Shown here one piece after another: positions 49,621 through 62,756 of a stretch of 64,000 bases of DNA. Position 1 is the first letter of the stretch. Each line of letters starts with the position of its first letter. The translations under genes were made by a program, and so were the position numbers. This DNA is from Octopus bimaculoides. Its lineage: Eukaryota. The notes beneath the pieces were generated by a model that had not been told where the DNA came from, did not search any database, and worked only from the letters and a program-made list of their open reading frames with translations. The stretch is from NCBI RefSeq assembly GCF_001194135.2, contig NC_068999.1, forward strand, positions 22,239,981 through 22,303,980, read 5' to 3'.

Positions 49621-52459
49621 ACTTTCAAATTACATTCTGTTTTTGACACTGACATATTCACAATATAAATGTCTCAGATGGTAAAACCAAGAGGATAAAT
49701 GACAGCCAAATGGCAGCAGTTTGTTTAAGTAGTGTTGCAGTGTGTTGCTGGTCATGGTAGTTTTCAAATGACTTTAAATAGGTACCATGCTTGAGTGAAA
49801 CTTACTACTGAAGAAAAAGTCTTTTAGTAGACAACGGTGAGTGTTCAGCTAAAAATATTGTTTGAAGACATAAGTTCCTAGAGGCTGATTTCCTCTGAAG
49901 ATGTTATATAAATGAAGAGGCTTCAGTAGTACTCCAATAATCTAATGGATTAAGAAACTCCTCTCAATAGAAACAGCATTTTCCATCTACATAAACATTC
50001 TATTTAAACTTAACCTTTTAACAGCAGTTTATAACATTAAAAAAAGTAATAACTAACAGACTTTAGTTTACTTCTCTAAACTGGTAGTAATGGTTAAGAG
50101 CTTTATGTATATTACACTTATGGGAAATATTAAATAAATGAAGATATAAAATTAGATAGTTAAAATATTTTCCAGGCTTGGAATTTCTAGTGTTACGAAT
50201 GACATGTAAGTATTCAGAAGGTTACAAGAATCATTTCAAAGTTGAGCAACAACCAAAGGTTGTCTGAAGTTTGTTTGTATGTGCACACACATGCATGTGT
50301 GTATGAGACAGTGTAAATGCATATGCACACATATATCTGTGTACATATATACGCATGACAAGTCAACAGGGTTCCACAATGTAATTCACTTCTGTAAGAA
50401 GCTATTTCATTTTCTCTCTGAATTATAATATTCCCACACACATATAAAAAAGATATTATCAGTTATAATGAGACTCTGGTAATACAAAATATATTACTAA
50501 TACATTAGCAGCTGTTAGTAGATCTTCAATTTCATTTATTATATGTAGTAAAGCATACAGTTTTACTCAAATTTCAGTAGTTATTATTTATTCATAAAAT
50601 ATTTTAGTCTTCTTCCATCTTTAAAAACTGACATTCTGAATTTGATTTTTTTCATTATAACAACAGAAATATTTCTGTAATAACCACATGTATATTTCTG
50701 ACAAAACAAAATCCAAAAGCTTTGATTACACCTCTCCATGAAGACTATTTTCCTATGTCAGAGTTTAGTGCATGCAAGTAATTCACTTTGCCCCTAATTA
50801 AACCCTCCACATACTGTTGACTATCAGAGAAAATTGCATTACAATACTCAAATCAGCTACATGTTGTTTGCTAATAGACATTTTAAAACAAAGTTTTTTG
50901 GGGTTTTTTTTAAAGTAGTTCCTTGAAGTGGAAAGGAAGATTTGCTGGAGACCTACTTGTTTCCAGAGCTGTTGCAGTTACTGTTCTTCCATGATCCTAT
51001 TCTACACCCTAGCTAACACCAGCATCCATATTAAACCTGACATCATTTAACTGCCATTTTTGGCATGATGCGATTGAAAATGACCATAAATTTCACAAAG
51101 GATTTTAAAGATTTAATAAATGAAACAACAGAATAGAAGTTTGAAAACACAATTCCATGGTGGAAAAGAGGTTAGAACAAATACCACAAGGTTACGTGAA
51201 ATTTTTTGTGTATGTGTGTGTTTGAGCTGGAGGACAAAAATGGAAGAAAAGAAAAAAGTAAATCAATGTTGGCCAAATGTCAGAGGTTTATATATTTACA
51301 TTTCAATCAAAATTTTATAAACTAAAGTGAACTGATGTTTCACAAAATAACTAAAATGTGCTTTAAAAATACATAATTAAAATATTTTAAACTTCCAACT
51401 ATTACCACACTCAATGTTCATTCACAAAAAACAAAAAAATATCTTCTCTAGTCATTCTTACAGCAATGGTCAGACAAGGCTTCATTGATGAGGGAATAAA
51501 AGCAAAACATTCCCCCAAGTTGTCACAGTACCACTAAAAATCATCTTTATTCACTACAGCATTTCATACTTAATGTTTACTTAAATCATGAAGTTGTCTC
51601 TCCTGACAGTTCTTAACCAGAATTACTCATTTAGATAATGATTTGCATCTGACCACTAACCACCAATTAATAAGAAATTCTTTGTTTAGTAGCACCACTT
51701 TACTATATTTGAAATACTTTCTTCCTCATGTGAAACAGTACAATGAAGAATAAATATTTAAAAAATACTTGCGCATAACATTAATTTGAAACAATTTAAG
51801 GAATAACTTTTGAAAAGTACATAAGTGAAATGATAACTTAGCCTTGATAGATAAATAAAACTATAAAACTTTTTTTTGTTTATGTAGACTGTTTCGTAAA
51901 AAGTTTATAATAAAACACACTAGCATTATCTCTATATGCAAAACCCATGTCACCTTTCTATGTTAGATCTGTAGAAATGGTACACACATACACACATTCA
52001 AACATATAAATATGCTATTGTATTAAATGAATCAGGCAATAAAGTGAAATTGACAAGCTTCATTACAACAACATATTTTAAAAGCTGATACTTGAATAAA
52101 GATTGTCAATTTCTCATTATTTCAATTGTAATTCCTATCCACTTAAGTATATATTAAAATAAATGTATACAAAGAGAGATAGATAGTGGGTGAGTGAGTA
52201 AGTGGCATAGACAGAGGGTGAGTGAAAGAATGAACAAGTAACAGTGAATCAACCTAAGTGACATTACACCCACACAGTTTTCTCCTTTTTCATACTTTTA
52301 GATAATTACTCTCATACCATCAGCTCAGCTCTGTCTACATCTCTCTATACAAAACAATATCACTGATTCTAGCTCACTTTTACGTATACATTTTTCAGTT
52401 TATTTTAGACTCAAAAGAACTCAAACATTTTGTCTGCCTATATATGTGTGTGTGTGTGT

Positions 52460-52730
52460 AAAGCACGGGTGCTGGTGCCAAGTAAAAAGCACCCATGCTG
52501 GTGCCATGTAAAAAGTACCTGTGCAGGTACCACATAATAAACTCCTGTGCGTTTGCCACATAAAAAGCAGCCAGTACACTCTGTAAAGTGGCTGGCATTA
52601 GAAAGAGCATCCAACCTTAGAAACCATGCCAAAACAGACAATTGAAACCTGGTACAGCTTTCTGGCATGCCAGCTTTTGTCAAACCATTTAACCCATGCC
52701 AGCATGAAAAACATTAAATGATGATTATGA
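52460..52730 (+). mobile_element. RTE 3' UTR/tail fragment
   Basis: GTGCCA.GTAAAAAGCACC repeats, CAGTACACTCTGTAAAGTGG..GCATCC..ATGATG, as at 63580-63990. Confidence 0.8.
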
Positions 52731-52832
52731 ATCCACGCATGGTGGTCCCCAGCAAACTGATAATGCAAGGGAGATAATATTTGGCAGAATTAGAAGTTTG
52801 AAATTCAGAAATAAGGTATAAGATATATAGAA

Positions 52833-52864
<32 letters not shown>

Positions 52865-52933
52865 TGTAAATGTCAAATGACAAGAATGGGTGCTCAACAT
52901 TGCATTGGTGGATAGAATTTCTTTATTTGCATA

Positions 52934-53013
52934 TTAAGGTTACCATTGGTTTCATGTAAAAAATTGTCAAGATATTACGATATTTTTCTTAACATGAAAC
53001 CAATGGTAGCCTT

Positions 53014-53015
<2 letters not shown>
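52934..53015. mobile_element. 82-bp hairpin MITE
   Basis: TTAAGGTTACCATTGGTTTCATGT and ACATGAAACCAATGGTAGCCTTAA are reverse complements at 23/24 positions. Confidence 0.75.
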
Positions 53016-53077
<62 letters not shown>

Positions 53078-53489
53078 CCTACATACCCACACATGCGTGT
53101 ATATGTGTAAAAATCTCATTTCAAGTCGAGTACTAGCGAAACTTACACAATCACAATTTCACATTTCACATCTGAACAATTTAAGTTTAAGAACTTGTAA
53201 AATAAAAATGAAAAAGTATTTGTTGTTGATGCTCTTTTCTTGGCTGGCATTTGAGCATTTAATAATATCTCATTCAGAGACAAAAGATTCAGCCATGGGT
53301 ATTCAACCAGTAAGCAATGAAGAGAAGACAGAGAAGGCAGCTCTTTCTGATAGAGTGTAATTGAATAGTGTCTCTATTTTACTGATGGTTTTTCTCTCTT
53401 CTTTTTCTTTCTTCCTAACTTTATTTTGCTCTATCAGAAAATATACAACTCTCTTAAATGCCAATGACAATTGTTTTTTGTTTCTTTTT

Positions 53490-53695
53490 TTTAACATGTC
53501 TCAGGCACTGGATTGCAGCTATGATGGGACACCACCTTGAAGGGTTTTGATTGAATTGATCCCAGTACTTACTTTAATTATTTTTTTGTTTGCTAAAGCC
53601 TGGTACTTATTCTATCAGTCTCCTGCATGGAACAGCTAAGTGAAAGGGCTGTAAACAGACCAATGCTGATTGTCAAATGATGGTGGGGAACAACC
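53490..53695 (-). mobile_element. SINE tail B, degenerate
   Basis: GGACACCACCTTGAAGGG..GTACTTATTCTATCAGTCTC. Confidence 0.7.
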
Positions 53696-53697
53696 AG

Positions 53698-53815
53698 GAT
53701 TGAAAAGATACTCCTCAGCCTGAATCGATTTTCAAACCAAATTCATGTAGACACCTTTGATGAGAATCTGATAAGGTTTGAAAATCGATTAAGGCTGATG
53801 AGTATCTTTTCAATC
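53698..53815. mobile_element. Hairpin MITE with 41-bp arms
   Basis: 53698-53738 and 53775-53815 are reverse complements at 39/41 positions; decayed sibling at 54555-54685. Confidence 0.8.
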
Positions 53816-53860
53816 AACAGAGAAATTAGCTAAATTCACCCTCTTATATATCTACTACAT

Positions 53861-54170
53861 CAGTGGTCCTCAACTGGGGTCCATATAACAAAATAGTAAA
53901 TTAGGGATCCACAATAGTATTTTAAGGGTCCCTGAAAAAATTTTGCTTTAGATTTATGTATTGGTTTGTATTGCAAGAAACAGGTAGGTTTCTTTCTCAA
54001 ACATTTTACATAATTCAACCTACACACGTTAATGTGCAGAAAACAAAATAGGAATTTTTGAAAGAAGCTTCTATAAAACTAGTTTTTAAACATTTAATGG
54101 TAATGGAGGTCCACCAAACTAAAATAGTACTCAAAGGGGTCCATAGATAAAAATGGTTGAGAATCGCTAG
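53861..54170. mobile_element. Non-autonomous hAT (Charlie-type) MITE
   Basis: Ends CAGTGGTCCTCAAC / GTTGAGAATCGCTA; flanks TACTACAT and GTTTACAT share a central TA (degenerate 8-bp TSD). Confidence 0.75.
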
Positions 54171-54171
54171 T

Positions 54172-54472
54172 TTACATTATGTCGTAGAAAGTTACCCTCC
54201 AAGGGACAAGTCCAGGCAAGGTTGCTTTTATGGAAGACCAGCAGTCGCCCATGCATACCGGCCTCTCCTCTCCATGCTACTGATGTTATCCAAGGAAAAG
54301 GCAAAGGCCGATACAGCTTGGCACCAGTAACATCGGAACTCATTCCTACAGCTGAGTAAACCGGAGCAATGTGAAATAAAGTATCTGGCTCAAGACACAC
54401 AGCTTGAACCGGGAATCAAACTCACTATCTCATGATTATGAGTCTGATGCTCTAACCACTGAACCATGTGCC
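54172..54472 (-). mobile_element. SINE family F with a LINE-derived tail
   Basis: tRNA-like head at the right end (reverse complement of CTCTAACCACTGAACCATGTGCC); GGAGCAATGTGAAATAAAGT core. Confidence 0.8.
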
Positions 54473-54689
54473 AATACTTAACACTTACAGTATTCTAATT
54501 AGTAGCTCCAGTTTTCTGTAGCTAATTGAGTATATAAACAAACTGACTGCTTGTTTACCTGTGATTGATCAAATTGATGTAGATACTTTTGATGAAAACC
54601 CAATAAGTTTTGAGAACCAATTAAGGCTGTGAATCACTTTTTCAGTCTATGGAGAAACTAGTTAAATATGCCCTGTTTATATATGTACC

Positions 54690-54825
54690 ACATAGGTTAC
54701 ACACACTTACAAGGCTTTGGTCATCTGGAACTATAGTAGAAAACACTTGCCCAAGGTGTCATGCAGTGGAACTGAACTCAGAACCATGTGGTTGGGAAGC
54801 AAACTTCTTACCATACAGCCACACC
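54690..54825 (-). mobile_element. SINE head A
   Basis: CTTGCCCAAGGTGTCATGCAGTGGAACTGAACTCAGAACCATGTGG. Confidence 0.8.
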
Positions 54826-54921
54826 TATTTTATTCATAGATTTTCTGTTTTCCCCTGAGCTTATTTGTTTATACCAGAAAATAAGTAACTCTATCAAATA
54901 TCAATGACAATTGTTATTCTT

Positions 54922-55282
54922 TTACTCTTTTATTTGTTTCAGCCATTTGACTACAGCCATGCTGGCGCACCGCCTTTAGTTGAACAAATCAACCCCAGGA
55001 CTTATTCTTTGTAAGCCTTATTCTATCTTTGTAGTACTTATTCTATTGGTCTCTTTTGCTGAACTGCTAAGTTACGGGGACGTAAACACACCAACATTAG
55101 TTGTCAAGCAATGGTAGGGGGACAAACGCAGACACACAAACATATACATATGGTGGGCTTCTTTCAGTTTCCGTCTACCAAATCCACTCACACGGCTTTG
55201 GTTGACCTAAGGCTATAGCAGAAGACGCCCAAGGTACCATGCAGTGGGACTGAACCCAGAACCATGTGGTTGGTAAGTAAGC
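54922..55282 (-). mobile_element. Composite SINE A/B, near full length
   Basis: Reverse complement of the 7515-7898 copy. Confidence 0.9.
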
Positions 55283-57860
55283 TACTTCCCACATAGCCAC
55301 ATTTGTGCTTATTCAACTAATCCAAAATTTTTGTGGAGATTTTTAACGTTCCTCATTTAGTAATTTACAATTTACCCTAGATATTGCTTTAAGACTTGAG
55401 AATGATTTACAAATGTATTTCAATGCTTCTAACAGAAAATCTAAATCCCTAAATCTAAAGAAAATCAATAATATACATGAATAAAATAGAAAAAAGAATG
55501 CACACATACAAGTAAAAAAAGGAAACTTTTAAGAGGTTTTTCTTAAAATGTCAATCATTCAAATTTTACAGTATTTACATTTTCTATAGTTTAAGCAGTG
55601 CCTCCAAGGTTAAAATATATGAACGAAATAGTGCAGTGTTAAGGGAAACAATATTTATAAAACAGCAGGCAGTTTGTACAACATACAAAAAGGGGAGGCA
55701 GTAGTGCACACAAGCATCCAAACCTGTATGGATAAAGTAATCAACACTAGTTGCATCGCAGCATGCATAGCAATACATTATCTGCTGCATATTTCTATTA
55801 TGCACTTGACTTCGATCTGATATGACACAACCCACCCAACTAAAATGTTTTAAGACAGGAATCATAATGCAGACAAGAATGATAACTAAATAATAATTTG
55901 ATGCAGTCAAATTATTATTAAATAATAATGTAATGCAAGTTAAATAAATAGAAAATTGTAATTTCTGCATTGTTAAAACTTTGCATTTCTGTTCAAATAT
56001 GATATTTTAATCTATGTAGCTAAGAACAGTAATCAGTAAACAAAAAAAAAGTATAATGCAAATAAAGCATATTAAATGTTTATGAAATATACACATAGAT
56101 TATATGTTTGTGTGCATCAGAGAGAGGTAGGGAGAGAGATAAAAATGCACTATTTGTGAACATGGGATTGTCAGAAATCCATTACTGTTTACAATTTTGT
56201 TATGGGAAACTACTACCAATACCATGGTTCCTCCTACATTTCTAGCACTGTGCCTTAATCATCTTGCCATTTGTAATAGTTGGAGACTATTTGTCCAATG
56301 AATAGTTACCTCAACCAAAGATTTTCACAACACCATTTCCTTTGTTTTACTATAGTTGCTTAAAGCAGTTATGAAATAGAAAAATACTGGTTAAATTAAT
56401 AATATTAGGGCAGGATGTTGCAACCATTTTTCAGTAACAACCTAGGTTGCATGAAACAACAAAGGAACATTTATTTTGCTTGACTTGCTATGAACAGCAG
56501 CCAAACCCCACTCAAATCACTCCCTATTTTTAAAAAGGAGACACACATTGAATACATTATGCCTGAAAGGAAGGTAAGATGGGCATGGCTGAAATGCTTT
56601 TGATCAGGTGTGCTTAATCAGGATTGCCTTAGAGAGAAACAACATGCTAATTTGTTTTTATTCATACAAAGCCTGTATTAGTTTCCATTTAGAATTTCTT
56701 GAAAATATTTTAATTTTATCAATATATCAAAAATGAACAATGTAAATTTCCTGACTCAAACCTTTCACCTTTAAATTACTCTTGCCCCTAATTAAAAGAA
56801 ATAAACTTAATACTACATATATGTATATAGATTTCATGTTTTGGGGGTCTATTTGCACTTTTTCATCTAATATGGTTTATTTTCTGTGATGAACAAAGCT
56901 CTGTCTTATAGTAATTACAATAGCTAACCCACAAACCAAGTACATGCTACACATCCTATATTTTTAGATCAGAAGGAATAAATTGAAGTGGTGGAAGGAG
57001 GCAACAGAAAAAAACTAAACTAAGAAAGTGGAATTCCTGTGAAAATTTGCCAACAAGTAACTGTGTGATAACACTGATAGAGAGATATTGTCCAGTGAGA
57101 TTCAGAGGATGAGGGCATTTCAATAAGAATGAAGGAATACAATAACACACACCATGTGCTGAGTATGGCACTTGTGTTGTTACTAAAGACATTAGTTAGT
57201 TCTCTAACAAACTGAAATATATATATCTTTTTAGTTTTATCAATAGAGTTATTGTCATTCAGCCTTCCTCAGCTAACTTCTCAGTCATGTTAATTTCTAC
57301 TCATTTGATTATAAAATATAATTGAGTATTTTGCCTATGCAACTTTGCTTATTTATATTTCCTTTACACATAATATGGCCGCAAATTTTCCAATCAATAA
57401 AGTTACATGTGGAAGCAAAACATCATATACTTGGTTTTATTTTGTATAAGGTTCAGCAGTTATGCACCACAAGTAGTAGTAGCAGCAGTAGTTGTAAGCA
57501 CATGGTTGATTCTACATCCCTACAGAGCATGTTCTACCTCAAAACAACTACTGTTAGAAAATAAAACTGAAGTGCATTGCTGGAATGCAAAGACAGAAAA
57601 GTGAAGTTACCCCTATTTTGAATAAATATTCTTCATTGACTGCTAGAGTTATTATCAAATATTACATTAGGTCTGAATTTCTATTTTGCAGAGATTATTT
57701 TAATCTTTCCTTACAGTATGAAATACCAACTTCAACATTTTGAATTTTCAACAGCTTACAGACAGAAATAAAAATTAGAATTAAAAGGTTTCCTCTAACT
57801 CTCAATTCACAACATTTTTAATTTTATTAAACTGACAAGCAATTCCAACAATAATAATAA

Positions 57861-58065
57861 TGGTTTCAAATTTTGGCACAAGGTCAGCAATTTCAGAGGA
57901 GGGGATAAGTTGATTACATCGACCCTAGTATTCAACTGGTTCTTATTCTATCGACCCTGAAAGGATGAAAGGCAAAGCTGACTTCAGCGGAATTTGAACT
58001 CAGAATGTAAAGATGGAGAAAATGCCACTAAGCATTTTGCCCAGCACACTAATGACTCTTGCCAG
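57861..58065 (-). mobile_element. SINE family C
   Basis: GGTTTCAAATTTTGGCACAAGG..GACCCTGAAAGGATGAAAGGCAAAG. Confidence 0.85.
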
Positions 58066-58711
58066 TTTAATAATAATCATAATAATAACAATAACAATAA
58101 TAATCTATGATAATAGGAGAGAAACAATACCAAAACAACACAGGGTTTTATTATGGACATGCAAAATACATTTGGTGGAATGCACCAAATGTATATTATA
58201 TATAAAATTTTAGTAAATTGCAAGAACAAACTCAGGACAAAAATTATAATTATAAAACAAGGGAGGAATAGAGTATTGTAAAGCCATTCTTTCTGGAAGG
58301 ATTACATATAAACAGAAAAATTCGATGGGAGAAGATTTAAAGGCACGTTCATAGCATGACAGAATGCAGTCATGGCAAGAGATACAGGCATGATCAACTA
58401 TGGAGTAAAAGCAGTCAGCTCTATTATTCAACATGGAAACACAGGGAAGGTGGAAATAGGGAGAAGAGAGAAACTGTCCCTCAGAAACCAAGAGAAAAAT
58501 CGATTGATGGAAGCCTACCAGCAGCAGTAGTTTTCCATCGCAACAGACTCTTACGATTTCAGGAGTGAAAATTACATGATATAAACACTGCATAATATAG
58601 AGGTAGTAATTGTCATAACTAAATAGGGAAGAATTTAATAAACCAAAAACCCATGTTAAATATTAAAATTATTAATTTTATACATCACCATGATGACAGT
58701 AGAAGCTGTGA

Positions 58712-58750
<39 letters not shown>

Positions 58751-59157
58751 TTTGATGTATACGTACATAGGTAGATACACACACATATATATATAAATAT
58801 ATATGCATATAAATATATAAACATATGCATTTCAACACATAAGTATACATTTATACATACATGCATTATGTATACACATGCATTTATGCATACATGTGAA
58901 TTTTGAAATACATATAGATGGATATATATGCACATATATACTCAAACATTTATATATTGATTGATGTTGTTATCCATCCATCTATCTATCTATCTATCTA
59001 CACACAGATACATATATAGTCATACATGTATTCCCATACACAAAGACATGTGTGTGTGTGAGAGAGAGAGAGAGAAAGGGAGAGATTAGTAGAGTATAAA
59101 GGCAATAAATATTATAAAGAACAGAATTTGACAAATATGGTGCAATTATGGGGTCGT

Positions 59158-59390
59158 CAACATCATCATCATTTTAATGCCTACTTTTCCATGCTTGCAT
59201 GGATCAAATAGAGTTTGAGGCACATTTTCTATGATCAGATGCCTTTCATGTCACCAACCCTCACTTGTTTCTAAGCAAGATAATATTTCCTCTTGGGAAG
59301 AGATGTTTCCACAGAAAACCAGAAACAAGACAACATTGCTTGTATGATGGCGATGTTCATTTATAACCATCATATTATGTCAAGACAAGG
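59158..59390 (-). mobile_element. Retroposon family E
   Basis: CATCATCATCATTTTAATGCCTACTTTTCCATGCTTGCATGG..CACCAACCCTCACTTGTTTC. Confidence 0.8.
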
Positions 59391-59409
59391 GTAAACACAA
59401 ACACAGACA

Positions 59410-59421
59410 CACAATTTATAC

Positions 59422-59504
<83 letters not shown>

Positions 59505-59605
59505 GGGCTTCTTTTTGGTTCCTTCTACCAAATCCGCTTTGGACTGTAGACTGCCAACCACACCTCTGTGTGTGTACATACACACACACACACACACACA
59601 TACAT
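59410..59605. repeat. Long (TA)n and (CA)n microsatellites
   Basis: Directly visible. Confidence 0.95.
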
Positions 59606-61644
59606 ATAAGGTGTAGGTTGCATGTAGCAGTCTGAGAGAAAACTTCCAGTCCTATAAGAAGGCAGAGGGTCACATGCTAGACATAGTTAAAGGAGATACT
59701 AATATCAAAGTTAACAGTATTGTTTTCACAAAAGTTCTCAAAAATGAGATCATAGGAAGTAGAAGGGTGCACAAATCTCTTGAAGATTTGACTTCATCAA
59801 AAAATGTACTAGTGAGACGGGAGAGAGGCTGAAAGTAATGGCGCAGATAATTGCTTCTGATTGCTTTCATCAACTCTTGAGATATTGGCATGGGTCATAG
59901 AAGCTGTAATCTTCACCTGTATAGATGTAGTGTAGCAGCAGGCAAACCACTCAGAGATTTTATTGTTTGTGAGATGCAGACAATTATACCTAGACAGATG
60001 GTATCAGTCTGTTTGCTGCTTTGGAAGCACGACTATTGTCAAGGGTAATCAATGTACAACTGCTTTTATGAAATGTCTTAAGTTATACCAGAAGTGAATT
60101 GATCTGTTCCATTGGTTTCTGTCATTAGATGTTGTGGTTCAGCTGCAGTTATCAGTGTTCAGTCTCATGGTGGCAGGTGAGGTCTTTCCCAGTTTTTTAT
60201 ATAACTGAGAGTAAAGTATTTGACTTAACAATTGAACTTCTTTGGACATACCCAAGCTAGCTGAATTTCCAATGCACCAATATCACTTCCAAGGGAGCTT
60301 AACATTGTCTAGATGCAAGTGTTTTTGACATTGATTTTTCACTGTAATGTTCCTGATCTCAGTGTCTCATCATTAATGCAAATAATTTCTGAAAATATCT
60401 GCAGTATATCATTCATAACTCCAGTCTGCATAATAGGAGATATAATACTGTTGCTCTGTGTACTTTGCACTTCACTTGCTTGTTGTTTCACAGTCACTCT
60501 TTCAACCTTCTGAATGCTGGTAATACAAATGAACTCCAGTTTTACACAGTTTGATGTAACTATAGAAGTCAAGTAGGACTACAATGTAGCACCAGCATTA
60601 TCCTCACAGGGAATTAAAATTTGGCTGTGGATTTCATTTGCTGAGAACTTTATCCTTTCTCTACCATGCTTTCCATAATTCTATGACATTATATATATTG
60701 TATAAATATATTGTGCCATTTGTATGTAAAAGCACAAAAAAAAAATCATTAAAAACTAAATGAATAAACAGCTTCCAATGTGCTACTGCTTGTTACAATC
60801 AGCATTGGTAAGCAGAGAGAGTCATTTCAACAAAGCTGAATGAAATATATTACCAGTGCTGGTATTCTATTAGGAAAGTGTATTAGTCATCTATAGAGAC
60901 TGAGTGAAACATCACCCTATTACTCTGTATCTGTGATGAAATATAATCTCTTGAATAATTAAAGGAAACATTGCAGGGAAAACATAACAGTGAAATGGAA
61001 GTATGTAGATATATACGAAAACAAGCATATGCACACACAAGCATGCACAGACATAGACATACACACATACACAAATAATAATGTGTGTGTAAACAGTAGG
61101 TTAGACAATTGTCACAATATTTTTTTAATGTACACCACAAGGATTGTATGCAGGACTAATTTGTACAAAAATCTTCTCAAAATCAGATCAAAAGTGACTA
61201 TCAGGGAGATAACTGTGGAGGGGACATGCACAGACATGACGCACAGAGCTTACACATGCATATGCAAAACACACTTTCCTACATGAAAAAGTACATATAT
61301 TTATATAGGTAAAAAAATAAAGAATGTGTTGCATTGTGTGAATAACATTTTCAGAAGTCAAACACGTATAATAATAAACAAACAAATGGAAAAAAAAAAC
61401 ACAGAATGTCCAAGTTCAAAAACATACTAAAAACACAGAAAGTCACCAACTCCTCATCAGTTACTGGCCAGGATGTCAAACGTAATTTCGTGCCATTATC
61501 AATAATATTGTTTCCACTCTAGAGGCAACTAGCAAGAAAACTTACTGGGACTGCGATATATACAGACACATACACACATACAAATAGACTCAGATACACA
61601 AACATTGACTCATATACATTTATATATGCATATATGTAAGAGAG

Positions 61645-61800
61645 GAGTTCACCTTCCTTTGTGTCAGAATAAAATCAATCTGGTAGTATCCCACCTGAAT
61701 GATGGATAACTAGTTGCTTGGCAAGTTTCCTGACATTTGTACTATAGATGGCAACTTGATTCATATCACAGAAGTCTTGGGTTCTCGTCAGTTTTAAAGT
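61645..61800 (-). mobile_element. RTE LINE endonuclease C-terminal fragment
   Basis: DFCDMNQVAIYSTNVRK..HSGG, then QIDFILTQRK after a frameshift (APE QIDY/FIL motif). Confidence 0.65.
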
Positions 61801-61844
61801 TATAATCATAGCTTTCATGAAAAGTATACTGATGTTTCCAACAA

Positions 61845-61910
61845 GACTATTACAATCCTCTGCATAGGTCACTATGCAGAGGATTGTAATAGTCACTATG
61901 CAGAGGATTG
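61845..61910. repeat. Perfect 23-bp inverted repeat plus a 19-bp direct duplication
   Basis: GACTATTACAATCCTCTGCATAG-GTCA-CTATGCAGAGGATTGTAATAGTC, followed by a repeat of GTCACTATGCAGAGGATTG. Confidence 0.95.
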
Positions 61911-61924
61911 CACAAGTCAAATTT

Positions 61925-62270
61925 TGCAACATATGAAAAATGACATCGCTTAAATAGCAGCCATTTTCGGTTTCACACGCCCATGCTATTTCCAAAACAT
62001 GCACCATAACACCCTCAAGAGTTTCAAACCCCACTTCTCTGATTTCTCTATTGATGTTTTCCTTCAGTTGCACCAGGGTTTCCAGTTTGCAGACAAAAAA
62101 CCTATCTTTCAGGTATCCCCACAAGAAAAAATCTGGGCTAGTAAAGTCTGGGGAACGTGACGGCCATTCAGAGTAAATCTCACAGATGGTTCCAGCATGA
62201 TGGGGCAACTGCTCATTCCGCAAGGGAAACAATGCAGTTGCTATGGCAGTACTTTGCAGAAAGAATAATC
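61925..62270 (-). mobile_element. Tc1/mariner-superfamily transposase C-terminal fragment
   Basis: EWPSRSPDFTSPDFFLWGYLKD..LKENINREI matches the WPxRSPDLxPxDFFLWGYLK motif. Confidence 0.85.
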
Positions 62271-62499
62271 TCCAGCTACAGCAATGTCAATGTATATATA
62301 GATATACATATATACATATAGAAATATACACATATACATATAAATATATATACCAATAAGAAAATGGAGGGGAATAGGTGGTATTCATCAACTTGCAGTA
62401 ATTGCCATGCAATGAAAAAACACTACTGTAATAATAATTGGGTATTTATTGTTCCAGCAGTATATTGGATAGATATTATCCCTTAGTGGGTTGGATTCA

Positions 62500-62756
62500 C
62501 AACCCCTAACTTTCTTGGACATATAAATATATATTTATATATATAAACACACATATAGACATACATACACACACAGGTACATAAATATACATACATATAT
62601 ATACATATATATACATATATATATATATACACACACATATATACACACACATATATATACACATACNNNNNNNNNNATATATACACACACACACATATAT
62701 ATATACACACATATATATACACACACACACATATATATATATACACACATATATAT
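62500..62756. repeat. (TA)n/(CA)n microsatellite with a 10-N gap
   Basis: Directly visible. Confidence 0.95.

Noticed and set aside
51630-51700. Minus-strand NWW codons suggestive of the SH3 WW motif
   Set aside because: No ALYDY or PSNYV context, an in-frame stop shortly after, and no splice sites.
59640-60660. Coding-like composition with short ORFs
   Set aside because: Possibly a very old LINE fragment, but I could not recover a diagnostic motif, so it is not called.
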